From Callorhinchus milii (Eukaryota), in contig NW_024704757.1 of assembly GCF_018977255.1 (NCBI RefSeq), positions 16,058,001 to 16,122,000 of the forward strand: a stretch of DNA of 64,000 nucleotides. The letters are read 5' to 3'. Positions 63,441 to 64,000 of the stretch are shown here, one piece after another (within the stretch, counting starts at the first letter, position 1; each line of letters begins with the position of its first letter). The notes under the pieces are model-generated. The model was not told where the DNA came from. It worked only from the letters and a program-made list of their open reading frames with translations, and ran no database searches. A program made the translations under genes and the position numbers.

Positions 63441-64000
63441 TACAACAACAACAAGATTGCATTTGTATAGTGCCTTTCACGTCTGGAGGACGTCCCAAGG
63501 CGCTGGCAGTGTACAACATTTCAGACCTGAGCTGGGGTCAGGGGGGAGAAGGGAACGGAGAGGAGGGGAAGGGGGGTGACCGATGGCACGGTCGAAGAGG
63601 AGGGTTTTGAGGCGAGACTTGAAGGAGGCTAAGGAGGGGGCGAGGTGGAGTGACTGGAGGATAGAATTCCAGAGGTTGGGGGCAGAGTGGCTGAAGGCTC
63701 TCCCGCCAATGGTGGGCAGGTGGGTCGGGGAATGTGGAGCAGCCAGAGCCGGCTGAGCGGAGGGAATGGGCGAGTTGGTAGGGGGTTAGGAGGTCGCAGG
63801 GGTAGGGTGGGGCGAGGCCATGGAGGGCTTTGTAGGTGAGGACCAGGATCTTGAACTGGATCCTCTGAAGAATAGGGAGCCAATGGAGTCGGGCGAGAAT
63901 GGGGGAGATGGGGTCACGGAGTTTGGTGCGGGAGAGGACACGGGCTGCAGAGTTCTGGATTACCTGCAGCCTGTGGAGGGAGGAGTTGGGAAGGCCGACA
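63441..64000 (-). mobile_element. L2-type LINE 3' end with (TTG)n tail, runs off the window
   Basis: (CAA)n on +, shared tail CCTTTCACGTCTGGAGGACGTCCCAAGGCGCTG, ORF2-like remnant (LHWLP..RIQFKIL on -). Confidence 0.8.

Overview
Vertebrate genomic DNA with spliced genes, three assembly gaps and dense retroposons. The repeats (tRNA-headed SINEs with DeuSINE/SacSINE1-like cores, L2 and CR1 LINE ends) suggest a cartilaginous fish, possibly a chimaera; this is an inference. Gene order, read by hand from splice sites and frame: CHTF18 3' end (+), GNG13 (-), a 19-coding-exon 720-aa uncharacterised gene (-), a LYPD6-like Ly6/uPAR gene with an apparent frameshift (-), BUD31 (+), PRKRIP1 (-), PTCD1 (-) and the 5' part of CPSF4 (+). 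The most interesting items are: the 720-aa protein, which pairs SUMO-interacting-like motifs with a Cys/His module resembling plant RIN13; the divergent 12-Cys three-finger gene; promoter-proximal minisatellites built from transcription-factor motifs; and PRKRIP1 lying between BUD31 and PTCD1. No database searches were possible, so homology calls come from recalled sequences and repeat boundaries are approximate.
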